A stretch of 64,000 bases of DNA. Origin: Octopus sinensis (taxonomy: Eukaryota). Location: positions 29,202,001-29,266,000 of the forward strand of contig NC_043014.1 in assembly GCF_006345805.1 (NCBI RefSeq), given 5' to 3'. Position numbers and translations under genes: made by a program. The notes under the pieces are model-generated. The model ran no database searches, had not been told where the DNA came from, and worked only from the letters and a program-made list of their open reading frames with translations. How positions within the stretch are numbered: position 1 is the first letter of the stretch; every line of letters begins with the position of its first letter. Positions 12,872-26,088 of this stretch are shown piece by piece.

Positions 12872-13090
12872 CCCTCTCTCTCTCTCCTTTTACAGAGACA
12901 TTCTTTTGGCTGACCTTGAAATTGTAGACAGGTTTGACACTTTCCTTCAAGGCATGGTTATATACATATACAGAAATACATGGGTGCAGAACATAGTAAA
13001 TAATGAAAGTAACTGGGTAACGGAAATTATGTATCTTAATACGACGGGCAGAAAGTAAATACGAAATCTATACGGAAAATAAAGAATTGT

Positions 13091-13254
13091 ACGGCTTGCT
13101 TCCCAACCACTTAATTCCGTGTTCATTCGCACTGCGTAGCAGTCTGGCAAGTGTATTCCACTATAGTCACGGGCCGATCAAAGCCTTGTGAGTGGATTTG
13201 GTAGATAAAAACTGAAAGAAACCCGTCGTCGTATATATATATTCTGTGTGTACG

Positions 13255-13288
<34 letters not shown>

Positions 13289-13306
13289 TGTATGTATGTA
13301 TGTATG

Positions 13307-13373
<67 letters not shown>

Positions 13374-13600
13374 ATATCTATCTATCTATGTGTGTGTCTT
13401 TCTGCCGGTATTTGTCACCCTGATCATCGCTTGATAACTGGTGTTGGTGTGTTTACGTCCCCGTAATTTAGCGGTTGGGCAAAGAGATCGATAGAATAAG
13501 TACTAGGCTTAAAAATACGTCATGGGGTCGAATTGTTCAACAAAAACACTATAAATCGGTGCTCCACCAGTCAAGTGACTGAAACAAGTAAGAGAATAAA
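13091..13600 (+). mobile_element. SINE family A, near full length with internal microsatellite
   Basis: Head, internal (TATG)n/(TATC)n and tail ending CAGTCAAGTGACTGAAACAAGT. Confidence 0.85.
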
Positions 13601-13614
13601 ACAATATATGAATA

Positions 13615-13975
13615 CAGCCGACGGGCTTCTTTCAGTTTCCGTTTATCAAATCCACTCACAAAGTTTTGGTTGGCTCGAAGCTATAGAAGAGAAGTACCCA
13701 AGGTGCTGCGCAGTAAGACTGAACTCGGAATTATTGTTGAGAGAAGCAATCGTCTGTGGGTCTATTTCACCCGCCATCCCCACTATTCTTCAACATGTAT
13801 AAATCCATTCGACAGGTATTTTCTAGTTTCCGTCTGCCATATCCACTCACAAGGCTTTGGTCGACCCAAGACTATACTAGAAGACACTTTCCCAAAGTGC
13901 CACGCGCTGGGACTGAACACGGAACTATGTAGTTGGGTGAGGCAAGCTTCTTACCACACAACCATGCCTGCGCCT
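13615..13975 (-). mobile_element. Two partial SINE family A heads in reverse orientation
   Basis: Reverse complement of the family A head occurs twice (about 13615-13710 and 13815-13975). Confidence 0.8.
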
Positions 13976-14523
13976 TAATAAAGATTCCTTAACTACAACT
14001 AGTATACTAGTGCCCGCTTTAACTATTACGTTTTTAAGCAGTTATCGTCCCTGAGTTCGCCCCTTCCCCATCATTCTTCATATATAAATACACACTGTCT
14101 CGCGCGCATAGACGTTATCAGCACTATGGCACTGCATGCGATCAAACCTTCCCCCAACACTCCACCTCAATCACTGCTCCTTTATCTAATCTCCTAACAA
14201 GGGTGACTGAGGAGGGAGGTATAAGTGTGTGAGTGTAGGGAAGGGGTAAGAACTGAGGGCGAAGTGGCAGTGGGGGGAGGATTGTCTGTATAATTTTTAA
14301 CGGGAAAACCAGAAAATGCCATAAACTAAAAGATTAAACAAGCTTCAATGGCTGGGTTGACAGTTGTATAGTTATAGCGTCTGTGTTGATTGTATATACA
14401 GACCGTTGTACTGCTTGCTGTTATGGGGGCTTTGCTTGATGTGCTGTGTATGTGTTTGCGTGTAAGCGTGTATGTTTGCAAGTACACATACACGCGCGCA
14501 CATACATAGATGCATACACACAC

Positions 14524-14564
<41 letters not shown>

Positions 14565-14857
14565 CACATATGCATACGTCCATACATACATAATGCATAC
14601 ACACACACCCACACATATATATATTCATATAAGTATATACATGCATATATATATATATACATATGCATATATATATATATATATATAATATATATATTAC
14701 ACACGCACACATATATAGAGGCATACACACATATAGATGTATATATATATGTAAATAGTCTCAGTCTAATAACTGAAAGAAAAGAAATATATATATGTGT
14801 GTGTGTATATATGTATATATACATACACACATATATATAAAGATCTTTTATCTTTTA

Positions 14858-15035
14858 TTTGTTTTAGTCATTAGACTGCGGCCACGCTGGGGCACCGCCT
14901 TGAAGAATTTTAGTTGAACGAATCGACCCCAGTACTATTATTTTAAGCTTGTAGTCATTCTGTCGCCTCTTTTGCCGAACTGCAAAGTTACGGGGACCTA
15001 AACACACCACAACCGGTTGTCAAGCAGTGGTAGAG
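14858..15035 (-). mobile_element. SINE family A tail
   Basis: GTCATTAGACTGCGGCCACGCTGGGGCACCGCC...GCAAAGTTACGGGGAC tail in reverse orientation. Confidence 0.8.
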
Positions 15036-15164
15036 GACAAATAGGGACACAAATACTCACATACACACACACACACACAAACATAGTGATAGATAGACAT
15101 ACATACATACAGACAGACAGACAGACAGACAGACATAGAGACAGACAGACAGACAGACAGATAT

Positions 15165-15232
<68 letters not shown>

Positions 15233-15429
15233 GTAGCTAGGTATGTAGGTAGGTAGGTAGATAGGTAGGTAGGTACATAGGTAAGTAGGTTGATTAGTTA
15301 TAGAGCCCATTAGAATCTAAGCACCTCGACACATAGGACACCAGGACTGGTTAGGTAACATAACTCTGAGTTCACAGTGAGGTAAAGCCAACCACGCGGT
15401 GTGATGTGTTGGTAGTTTATTGCAAGTAA

Positions 15430-15489
<60 letters not shown>

Positions 15490-15492
<3 letters not shown>

Positions 15493-15700
15493 AGGGCAAA
15501 ATTAATTGATTAATTAATAATTAATAATTTTACCAAGTGGTTCTGTATGTTAAAAGAACCATTATCGGTAATCTTATACAAAATTCTATAATTATGAGTA
15601 TAATTATAATTAAGGTTCAGCAAAAATTTGCTTCACCACATACCGTAATTTAGAAATAGCAGCTAAAACTAACTATTTCACTACCATAAGAAAATCTGCA
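15490..15700. mobile_element. TA-anchored repeat (probable Penelope-like terminal repeat), same family as 39390-39600
   Basis: Shares AGGG(C/T)AAAATTAATT and TTTGC(T/C)TCACCACA..CCG.AATTTAGAAATAGCAG with the 39.4 kb copy. Confidence 0.55.
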
Positions 15701-16555
15701 GTATGAATACGGGTGTTGTGTTGGAACACGTGATTCCGATGACGGGCAATGTATGGCATAATGTGAGGCCTCAACACTGGGTCGATGTAGCGAGCAGCGG
15801 TTACTCCATTCCCACGGCCTTGGCCGATGTTTTGGAAGATCACTGGTCCAAGTTGAATGCAATCCCGACCCATACCATGATGCTCTGTCCGCCCTATGAG
15901 TCTCCACCACACAGCCATCGGCATGACGTCCACCCCTTCTTCTCCAAACCCTGAGGTCTATCACAGAAATGCAATATCGACTTTCCCCAGAGAAGACCAC
16001 AGTCCTCCAGTGCTGATATCGCTAGTTCTGAAGATTTTGGTCCCACTGCAGACGTGCCCGTCGATGACGATCAATGAGGGTGGAGCCCCTAGTTCGACAA
16101 GACAGATTGAAAGATCTCAGCCGGCGGTGAAGTGTCTCTACACAAATGGATCTGTGGTGAGTCCCTATGGTCTACCTAGCTGATTCCGTTACCCTCCAGA
16201 ATCGGTCCTGTATGTGCTGTCGGTGCAGGTGGCGATCTTGACGTGCTGTTTTAACCCTCAGTCGACCACTGCTTGGGCGATCATCCATGCTGTTTGTGGC
16301 ATTGTAGTGTTCTCTCAGCAGCTCAATTGTCCGACTAGTGAAATGCCCCATAGTCGTTGATCAGCATGAAGACGTCCGATGTATTGCTCCCCACTCATTT
16401 CGTGTCAGTCTTGGCATGCTTGCTGCGTTTGGGGAACGAATGACAGCCTGGTAAATTTTATACCCATTGAGTCAAAGTTTTGCACGTGCATCATGCTTAT
16501 CATAAAGGTGCGTTCGCGAGCATTACCATGATCACAAAACATAAGCGAGTTTGAA

Positions 16556-16556
<1 letters not shown>
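15700..16556 (-). mobile_element. Tc1-family transposon relic (transposase, 3' truncated)
   Basis: VFSGESRYC..LRVWRRRGGRHADGCVVETH and GVTAARYIDPVLRPHIMPY..VFQHN motifs of a Tc1 DDE domain; probable 5' end at the (TA)n near 16556. Confidence 0.88.
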
Positions 16557-16590
<34 letters not shown>

Positions 16591-17312
16591 TACCAAATCC
16601 AATATACACCCTAAATCCGACTCAAGGTTGGTTCTAGGTGTGGCATAAGTATAAAAAGAACACAAATGGGGTTTAAAATTTACTACACCGCTCTTTCGGT
16701 AGTATATTATTCATATTTTGATAGATTACAGAATAGCATAAATCTGCCGCCTTCAGTTAAAATTTTGAATAGGTATTGAATAGGACAGGGAAGTTATTTT
16801 GCTATTGTTATTTAATTCCAGATCAGTCCTTATCGATCAGACGAATAATCATAGAAATGCCATGTATGGCAATCTCTTATGGCTATCTCGGGGACTACGT
16901 CTTACATGACTAAATTAAAACAATTTTAATAGAGAAAATGTCAAGATTAAATAACAATTATGGAGGTCCCGTGCTAGGTACTGTCAAATGCAACATCGAA
17001 TGTATACTTATGCAAAATTACCTGATATGCATTTATCACTGAACAACTGTCTTCCGCACCGTGTCTGAAAATTGAGCTCAGAACATGCTAAACACCATCT
17101 GAAATTGATTCATCATTTCGTACTGGATAGCAAGTTGTAAACACACGTACTATGTGAGAGGATTGCATTTAGCAGAAGCTTTAGTTAGCTTTAGTCAGCT
17201 TTATTCAATGGGGTACAGTGTTGCACGTTTTATTTAAGAATTTTTACTTTTTCCATTTTGTTTTCCTAACAGCTTGCCGATATAGTAAAGATAGGAGATG
17301 CATTCATTCTTC

Positions 17313-17364
<52 letters not shown>

Positions 17365-20174
17365 GAGTTAAATTTAACTATCAGCTTCCCTCGTGGTAAT
17401 ATTAAATGTAAATTGGAGTATTAAGGTCGTATTAGTGTCTGGTGAATGAACATTGCTGAACGAGTATCCGCTGTAAATGGCATGTCATGAACAGCTTATG
17501 TAGATTGGCAAGATAGTTAATAGTATAAGTGAACAAGTGTTGATTACTGAAATATGCGAGTGGAATGTCGGGTCAGAATGCTGATGGTGTATAACATCAA
17601 GGAATCAGTGTTTTAATCGATAAGGCAGCTTCGAATCTTGTGAGGTGGCCATTGGAAGTGTATACATATAAAACATATACAAACAGACAAATGTACACTT
17701 ACAGATATATGTGCGTATGCGCTTGCATGTGTATGTATGTAAGTAGAGGTTTACATGTAGAGATGCAAACCAGATAAAGAGTGATCAATACATATAGTAG
17801 AGTTTATTTATTTGGGTGAAGTCCATAATGCAATCAATGACTCGGACTTTCTCGCGTGCATGCATGATCGTTCAGGCTGTCTGGTAAGGAAATCGAAATG
17901 TGACGTGTTATTTATTATCCAAAATGTAACGGTTATGGATCTAAAAGAGGCTGTACTTAAGATCAATGCTAGCATCTTCCTCAACTTTACAAGGAAACGT
18001 AACCAAGTACGATCACTTTCTTTTATTTCCGTCTTTCTTTCAGAATCGTTAGTGAGTAGAACAAACTGCTTTGTGGCGTTTTCCCCGGCTTTTTACATTC
18101 TAAGTTCAAACTCCGCCGAGAAACGTCTGCACAAACGTAGATTCCAATCTCCCTGCAACTCACTCCCATCTCAAGGATGTCAGCAACAATTTTTTCTATT
18201 TTTGAGCAAGAGTAACAGAAAGGCTTTGTTGCTGATATCCTTGGGATAGAAGTGAGCGGCATGGAGAGTGGAATCTACGTTTGTGCAGACACCAGCTGTC
18301 AAAGTTAAGTTTAAGTATACAGTACTTTCTGGGCAGCAAAGATGGATTGTAGGTAACGAGTGAGAGATTGCTGCTTGTGTGTTAGTAAGAGGTTTAGGGT
18401 TGAGGTTGGATTGGAGTCTGCTGATATTAGAGAAAACGTGGGGATTTACTCAGCGCATTTCGTGGGGAAGAAACACCTAGGGAAGTGTCAGAGAATGTCA
18501 GTGCAAGTCACTGAGAGCATGCAACAGAATGAACTCCATTAATGGTATAGTTAGCTAAGAGATTGTATTAAACTGAGCAACGTAATATGCCTAACATCTC
18601 GAGAAAAAACGCAGGACCAAAACTGTTAAAGCTCATCGAGAAACAACAACGTATCAACAGTTTTAAAAGTATACAATAAATTATACCCAATGCAGAGGCC
18701 AAGAAGTGTTACTTAATCAATATCATACGCGTAAGGCAAAGAAAAATCACGTGTGTTGTTCTGAACAGTTGTCAAATCTCTTCTAAAGCACATCGCACTG
18801 ATTCCCCACCCCAAAATAGAAGTATACATTGGACAATGCAGTTCCAACAGAAAAAAGTTGGATGGCCATGGCTAATACACACAATTACATTACAGGTTCA
18901 CCTATCGGGACCAAACGACAACATAAAAAAAAAGAAAAAACGAAAATGACAACTGTAAGGGATCAAAAATTGAATAGACATACAGTAAGAGTTTGATCTT
19001 TGGTAATTATGGTGACAGAGAGAAGCAGAGGGGAGAGAACAAGAGAGAGAGAGAGAGAAAGAAAGAGGGAGAGAAAGAGAGTAGCGTTAAATTAGCAGAG
19101 TAGAAGTGGATGATATAGAGAGAGGAGGTGAAAAAAGTTAAAAGTGAGTGAAAGAGGCAGACGGCTGATAATTACTGCTCTCGCATCAATAGTTAATATC
19201 TGGGAAAGCGATTAAGTAATCTAATTTCAATAGTTACACGAAGAAGCTGAATTGTTTTTAAACACCACGTTTTTAAATGATATTAACAGCTTATAGTTTC
19301 CTATGTTGAATTTTCCTAATTTTCACTGTATTACCAGCATAAACACAAAAATAGTTTAAGGCCTTTTCCTTTTATTTATGTTTTGTTTGTTTGTTTCTGC
19401 TTTTTAATTGAGGATCTTATTCATATTGAATATTTTAGTGATCCAACAAGTATTTACAAAATTCAGTTTAGATGTTAAATGCTTCCCAAAAGAATTATCG
19501 CACTTTTGTCCCTTTGATGCGAAAAACAAAGCAAAGCACCAACTCATAGATTTGTTAGTGTTTATAGAAACCTTGCTGTGTTTCTCCCCAAACATTCACT
19601 GCATGACGTAGGTTTTTTTTTCAAAGCATTATATTTGTTTTGTGGAAGCATAATGTTTTATGTTAAGTATTCTGCTTTTGTTTTTCTTAAATCAACCACA
19701 AATATCTATTATTTATAGTTATATTGTAATCCAATTACTTCTCCGGCTCGTTTTTGAGGACTAGTGAAATCAGGTCTGCACGCTACTGAAATCTAACGAC
19801 CTCGTAAAAAAGCGAAGTAGAAATCAGCATGAATAGAACTTGAACTGAAAATACAAAGGAACGCACCCAATTATTACATAGCGGTTTTTCAACCCTCCGT
19901 CCATATGCATGCTTATGTATACGCGAATGGAGCACAAAGTGACTGTGATATCGCAGTTTAACCGACAGCGGCTGATTAGATTGTCCAAGTGAGTGCTGCA
20001 GCCGAAACGTCCGAAGAAACAGTCATCATGCATTTAGTTTGATTGAAATATTTAGATTTTAGATCGAATTTGGGTCCTTTGTAAGTTTATGTTACTTGGT
20101 GGTTCTAAGGCAACTTCTACGCAAACATTTCAAGTGACCTTGTTGAGTGTGTGCACGCATCTGTGTGTGTGTGT

Positions 20175-20220
<46 letters not shown>

Positions 20221-20374
20221 GTGGGTATGTGTGTGTGTGTGTGGTGTGTGTGCACACGTGTGGGGAGAGAGACAGACAAATAGACAGACGGACAGAGATC
20301 AGATGATCATAGTAATCAGCAATAAGACAGAACTTAATGGTACAGTGTAAGGATACTTTATATATATATTGTCT

Positions 20375-20575
20375 TCTTACAAGAGACTATGGCATTACAA
20401 CCAGCCAGGAACAGTCTTCGCTACATTTGTAGTACCTGCCAGAAGGAGTGTTTGTCCAGGATAGGACTACACAGCCACAGCAGGAAATGTATCAGGACAT
20501 GAAATATAAAAGCCGGACTAGACTACTTTATGCGCAACTCCATTGTCTCCCGAGACAGAAAGGATGCCAACCAAC
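20375..20575 (+). mobile_element. RTE (BovB-like) LINE 3' end
   Basis: YICSTCQKECLSRIGLHSHSRKC* C-terminal motif followed by an RTE-type 3'UTR (CCATTGTCTCCCGAGACAGAAAGGATGCC). Confidence 0.85.
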
Positions 20576-20672
20576 TTCTTACAACATGGTCAGATGTTTC
20601 GACACTCGTCTCCTCAGACGAGTCAACTTGTAAGAAGGCAATATATGCATATATAAATACATACATACATAT

Positions 20673-20788
<116 letters not shown>

Positions 20789-21794
20789 ATGTGTGTGTGT
20801 GTACATACATACATATATGTATGTATGTATAGTTATCAGCTATAAACCATTCGTTTTATTATATAATATAAACATATGTATGTATGTGTATGTGTATTTG
20901 CGTGTATGTGTTTGTTGTGTTCGTGTGCGTGTGTGCGCAAGTGTGTATGTGTGTGTGTGTGTGTCTGTGCGTAAATTTTTAACATAAAAATAAGACATAA
21001 TAAATAAAAGCCAGTTGTGCTTTCTAATAAAAGAAACAAGGTGACGCACCTTTATTAATAGCTACAAAATACTTTAAAAATGCATTTATCTTTAGAAGAT
21101 AATTTATAACTTAATAATAATTATAAATATTAATTTCAAAATGGAACACATCTAAAAACGACGATAAAAAAAAAATTAAACGTAAGAAATGACCACAGGC
21201 AATCTTGTGATGTAATTAATAAGGTTATAAGAGAACTATAGAAAAAAATGTTATAAAATCAGACATACAGCCGAAAACAAAATCATAAGAATTCCTTAAA
21301 GACGAAACCTTAATTAAGTCTAAAATAGAAATAACTCTATAGAAAATAGCGCACAACATTGACATTGCATGTGTAATGTCAATTTTGCTTAGAAAGACAA
21401 AATTCACCAATGCAACAGAGAACAAAAGTGTATTTTCCAATGTAAGGTTCAGAATCGGGGGTGGGGAAGGAAGGATAAGGCTTTGTAAGCTTCAAGACTA
21501 AACACAGAGGTTTCCTGTCTTTATGACTTCGTGACATACACTAGGAATCAAAGAAAAAATTAGGGACACACTTCATGTGGAAAGTTCACTATTACAGGCT
21601 TGCAGGCACAATTCTCACGAAAAGCTTTAAAAGCAATTATATATACAGAAAGTTTCTGCTTACACTCATCTTTTATCAATTGCATTTTTATATAAGAAAA
21701 ATTACGAATAACACATTTCTCATGAACCTCAAGCGTCAATGTGGATTTATTTGCTAAAGCCTTAAATACACTTAATATTACAGAGATACATTAA

Positions 21795-21988
21795 GGCGGT
21801 GAGATGCCAGAATCGTTATCGCGCCGGTCAAAATGCTTAGTAGCATTTCGTCCGTCTTTACGTTCTGAGTTCAAATTCTCTCGGAGTTGACTTTGCCTTT
21901 CGAGGGTCGATGAAATAATAACCAGTTGAGCTCTGGGGTCGATGTAATCGACTAAAAGTCTCCTCTAAACTTGCTGGTGTTGTGCCAA
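21795..21988 (+). mobile_element. tRNA-derived SINE family B
   Basis: GGCGGTGAG.TG.CAGAATCGTTA head and GAGTTCAAATT B-box-like motif; copies at 46.4, 47.9, 49.1 and 54.2 kb. Confidence 0.88.
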
Positions 21989-22015
21989 ATGTGCAACCAA
22001 TATTACACGCACACA

Positions 22016-22056
<41 letters not shown>

Positions 22057-22268
22057 AATACACTCACACACCAACACATACACACATATACACATCTATG
22101 TGTCAAAGTTAATGTATACGTATTGTCGGCAGGACAGCTTCTGCAGTATTCGTCCTGAAATAACATTTCATAAGAATTTACTGTGTTAGAAACACAATAT
22201 ATATCAGAGATAGATACAAATATATATACATATATCTGTATATTATTTATATTATATATATACATAGA

Positions 22269-22316
<48 letters not shown>

Positions 22317-22322
22317 ATATAT

Positions 22323-22361
<39 letters not shown>

Positions 22362-22384
22362 ATGTTGATTCGCTAGCCTCTGCA

Positions 22385-22595
22385 CGTATTTTTTTTCTCT
22401 CCTTCTTTCTGTGTTTTTTTCTCTGTGTATCTTTCTGTTGAAAAGCGTAGGCTCGAAACTTTAAAGACTTGTTTTATTTATATTTCCTGAGCGCCATACT
22501 AATACAATTGTTTGTTTGTATTCCACCTGCCTTCGTCTTTTGTCTATTTCCGTAAACCTGCCTTCGTCTTTTGTCTAGTTTCATAAAGCTTCTCG

Positions 22596-22600
<5 letters not shown>
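22385..22600 (+). mobile_element. Penelope-like pseudo-LTR fragment with degenerate hammerhead motif (22430-22467)
   Basis: TCTTT-CTGTTGA-A-AAGC(GTAG)GCTC-GAAAC-TT-T-AAAGA; homologous to 58-270. Confidence 0.6.
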
Positions 22601-22633
<33 letters not shown>

Positions 22634-22636
<3 letters not shown>

Positions 22637-22727
22637 TAAATATATGGCACAACGAAGTACCGATATTTACTGGAAAATGGCTATTTTCCAGTAAATATCG
22701 GTACTTCGTTGTGCCATATATTTACTT
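22634..22727. repeat. Perfect inverted repeat, 45-bp arms, 4-nt loop
   Basis: 22634-22678 is the exact reverse complement of 22683-22727; loop GGCT. Confidence 0.98.
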
Positions 22728-23741
22728 CTATGTATAATTTTCCCTCACGGGCTATTCTTTACTGGAAAGCAATACTCTCGTATTGCATTACTATTTTTAT
22801 ATATAAACTGAAACCATGTAAAGAATACAAGAATATGGAACGAAAATCCCCAAAATTCAACGTTAAACTATCTTATACATTTTTTTGTTTTTTTGTTTTA
22901 GTAATAAATTTTTATGAATCGTAAATGTTAGATATGCAGGTCGCGGGGTGCATATAGACCGCCGCATCAACCTGCCTTCTTTCTCACTTTATTACGTATG
23001 TGTATGTGCACATATGTGGATATGTCACTGCTTCAGGAGCGGGTTAAGTGTTCGGGAGCTTTTGAATGGGTACAAACACTCACACACATGCACGTACTCA
23101 TATATGCACACATACATACACACACACATTGTCACACTCGTACATATAAGTGTGTGTGTATATAAATGTGGATATATATTATATATATATATATTATCGT
23201 TGTTCATTTATGTGTGGATGTGTATACGTTAGCAAGTGAGAGATTTTTTGGAGCTTATTTTATTTTTATTTCATTTTACCTTTTTTCTTATTTCTCAGAG
23301 GGAGTTGGGGCCTTTTGACTATTTTCGGTTCGCAATAAACCACAAGCGGAACTCTTTTTGATCTATACCATCACCCACTCCAACCAGCATCATCATCATC
23401 ATCACAACCAACAACACCACCTCCACCAGCACCATAAACAAAAGCACCACAACCAACACCATCCTCAAACACCAGAAATAACACCCCCACCTCCGCCTTC
23501 CCATCCGACTCCACCACCTAAACCAAAACCACCAGCACTACTACCAAAACCAATATCAACACATACATGGCAACCACACCAGCTAATACCACCACTACTA
23601 CCACAACGAGCACCACCACCACCACCACCACTTTCCACCCCCACAACAACCAATAACACCGCCATGATCAAGAAAGATTTTTGCAGTTTCTTTTCTTTTT
23701 TTTTTATATTTCTTTAATCCTTCTTTGGTCCGTCTTCCCGT

Positions 23742-23862
23742 CTTAACCCTTTAGCATTTAAACAGAACTTATCCGGATAAAATAGTCTACCATGTTTATG
23801 TTCAAACCAACTACATCTGGCCTCTCACACGTACCCTACAACATCATCCTAAAACATAAATG
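23742..23862 (+). mobile_element. piggyBac-like MITE 5' end (TTAA-CCCTTT), truncated by a SINE
   Basis: TTAACCCTTTAGCATTTAAA terminus; the class is inferred from the TTAA-CCC end only. Confidence 0.4.
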
Positions 23863-23865
23863 ATC

Positions 23866-24032
23866 AGGCGCAGGAGTGGCTGTGTGGTAAGTAGCTTGTT
23901 TACCAACCACATGGTTCCGGGTTCAGTCCCACTGCGTGGCACCTTGGGCAAGTGTCTTCTACTATAGCCCCGGGCCGACCAAAGCCTTGTGAGTGGATTT
24001 GGTAGACGGAAACTGAAAGAAGCCCGTCGTAA

Positions 24033-24093
<61 letters not shown>

Positions 24094-24228
24094 TGTGTGT
24101 GTTTGTGTGTCTGTGTTTGTCCCCCTCGCATTGCTTGAGAACCGATGCTGGTGTGTTTATGTCCCCCTAGATTAGCGGTTCGGCAAAAGAGACCGATAGA
24201 ATAAGTACTGGGCTTACAAAAAAAAGAA
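23866..24228 (+). mobile_element. SINE family A with intact tRNA-like head and internal (TA)n
   Basis: GGCGCAGGAGTGGCTGTGTGGTAAG...GGTTCAGTCCC (A and B box-like). Confidence 0.92.
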
Positions 24229-24329
24229 TGTGTATATACATACACATGTGTGTGTTTGTGTGTGTATATATACATACATACATACATACACACAAACACA
24301 CACACACACACACACAGGGAATCCAGGGA

Positions 24330-24614
24330 TCCAAGTGTAGTAAGTTTGTTAGCTTCAAGCAGTGCGTTGCAGTTATATAGGAAAAAATGGATCGTCTGCA
24401 ATCAGGAACGATAACAATTTGTTGCCATCGAAAGTTACACAGTTTTCTGCATATCGAAGTTGCGAGAAAATTCGAAAAGTTGAATGCTACATTATTTACA
24501 TTATCGATATTTGACTGAATGCTTCTGTATAGTTCACGGTTAGCAACTAGAGTAACAACTACATTTGTAACAAACACGAATAGAAATCCCAATTGTGGGA
24601 GAGGAACGGGTTAA
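24330..24614 (+). mobile_element. Possible piggyBac 3' end
   Basis: Ends in GGGTTAA; upstream has a decayed Cys-spaced reading (KQCV...KVTQF...) resembling a piggyBac cysteine-rich domain. Confidence 0.3.
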
Positions 24615-24758
24615 ATACAGTCTACATATGTTTCTTAAATAGCTTATCATCTGATATAATAATTACTCAAAGAGGAATACTCAGCTAGTCATCAGGTCGA
24701 GAATGCCTTAATTAGATGATGGTTACGTTGTCGCTTGGAATTTCCAAATTAACACACA

Positions 24759-24801
<43 letters not shown>

Positions 24802-24829
24802 TATATATATATATATTATATATATATAT

Positions 24830-25190
24830 ATATAGGAATAAAATTTATATATAAAGAAACAAGAACGTGAAATACACAAAGGGACGAACACAGAAAACAG
24901 ACGGGTCATTCGAAGCCTTTAATCTTCAGTCAGAAACCGGATCATCATAGCAGATTTCGGCTGATTAATTCTGATATTTACTCCAACGCGGCCAGCCCCA
25001 AGGAAAAACTAAGCTGTGAGCATTAGATTTCTTGGAAAAAGGAACGAATGTAAACGCAACAGGGACGAATATAAATACAAAAAACCAAAACAAAAATAAA
25101 AACAAGAATGGTTAATAACAGGATAACAGCAGGTATCTTACGACTTTAGACAAAATGAGACAAATATAACTTATCTAACAGGCGTGTGTG
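24830..25190. mobile_element. TA-anchored repeat, probable Penelope-like terminal repeat
   Basis: Starts at (TA)n; minus strand has a GGCTG...CAGCC-GAAAT stem-II-like element with a decayed core. Confidence 0.4.
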
Positions 25191-25227
25191 GAAAATTGCC
25201 TTTTCGGCAGAGGGGAAACGATGTTGA

Positions 25228-25663
25228 CTTTTACTTGTTTCAGTCATTTGACTGCGGCCATGCTGGAGCACCGCCTCTAGTCGAGCAAATCGACCCAGGA
25301 TTTATTCTTAGTAAGCCTAGTATTTATCCTTTTAGTTTCTTTTGCCGAACCACTAAGTTACGGGGTCGTAAGCACACCAGCATCGGTTGTCAAGCGATAT
25401 TGGTGGTGGTGGTGGTGGGGAACAAAAACATACACACAAACACAAACACACACATACACACACACATATATATATATATATATATTTACATATACATATA
25501 CATATATACGACGGGCTTCTTTCAGTTTCCTTCTACCAAATCCACTCACAAGGCTTTGGTCGGCCCGAGGCTATAGTAGAAGACACTTGCCCAAGGTGCC
25601 ACGCAGTGGGACTGAACCCAGAGCCATGTGGTTGGTAAGCAAGCTACTTATCATACAGCCACT
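25228..25663 (-). mobile_element. SINE family A, full length
   Basis: Complete head-body-tail in reverse orientation. Confidence 0.92.
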
Positions 25664-25982
25664 TTTTTTTATTTTGCTTAATAACTTCACACAAAAAGTT
25701 ATCACGTATTTATTAGTTGTAGTGATATCTTGGCTGCCATGAAATGGATTATGCTTTGCTGAAGAGGTCAGATAAAAAAAATGTTTTGCTTCTCTGCATA
25801 TCTACGTTAAAATCAATTTGGGATTGATTGAACTTTCGGCAGTTGACCCTCTTACTTTATGCAAATGACATTTAAAAAAAATATATTAACGTTTTTAATA
25901 TATAAACTTTGTGAGTTTCAATACACTAAATATTTTCTGCTGACCGCTTCAAGTGTGTTAGCCTGAACCTATGCTTGTGTGT

Positions 25983-26041
<59 letters not shown>

Positions 26042-26048
26042 TGTGTCT

Positions 26049-26088
<40 letters not shown>

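Noticed and set aside
24618-24700. Minus-strand CTGATGA...GAAAC-ATAT-GT-A hammerhead-like motif
   Set aside because: Stem II is out of register and stem I pairs poorly; at best a heavily decayed relic
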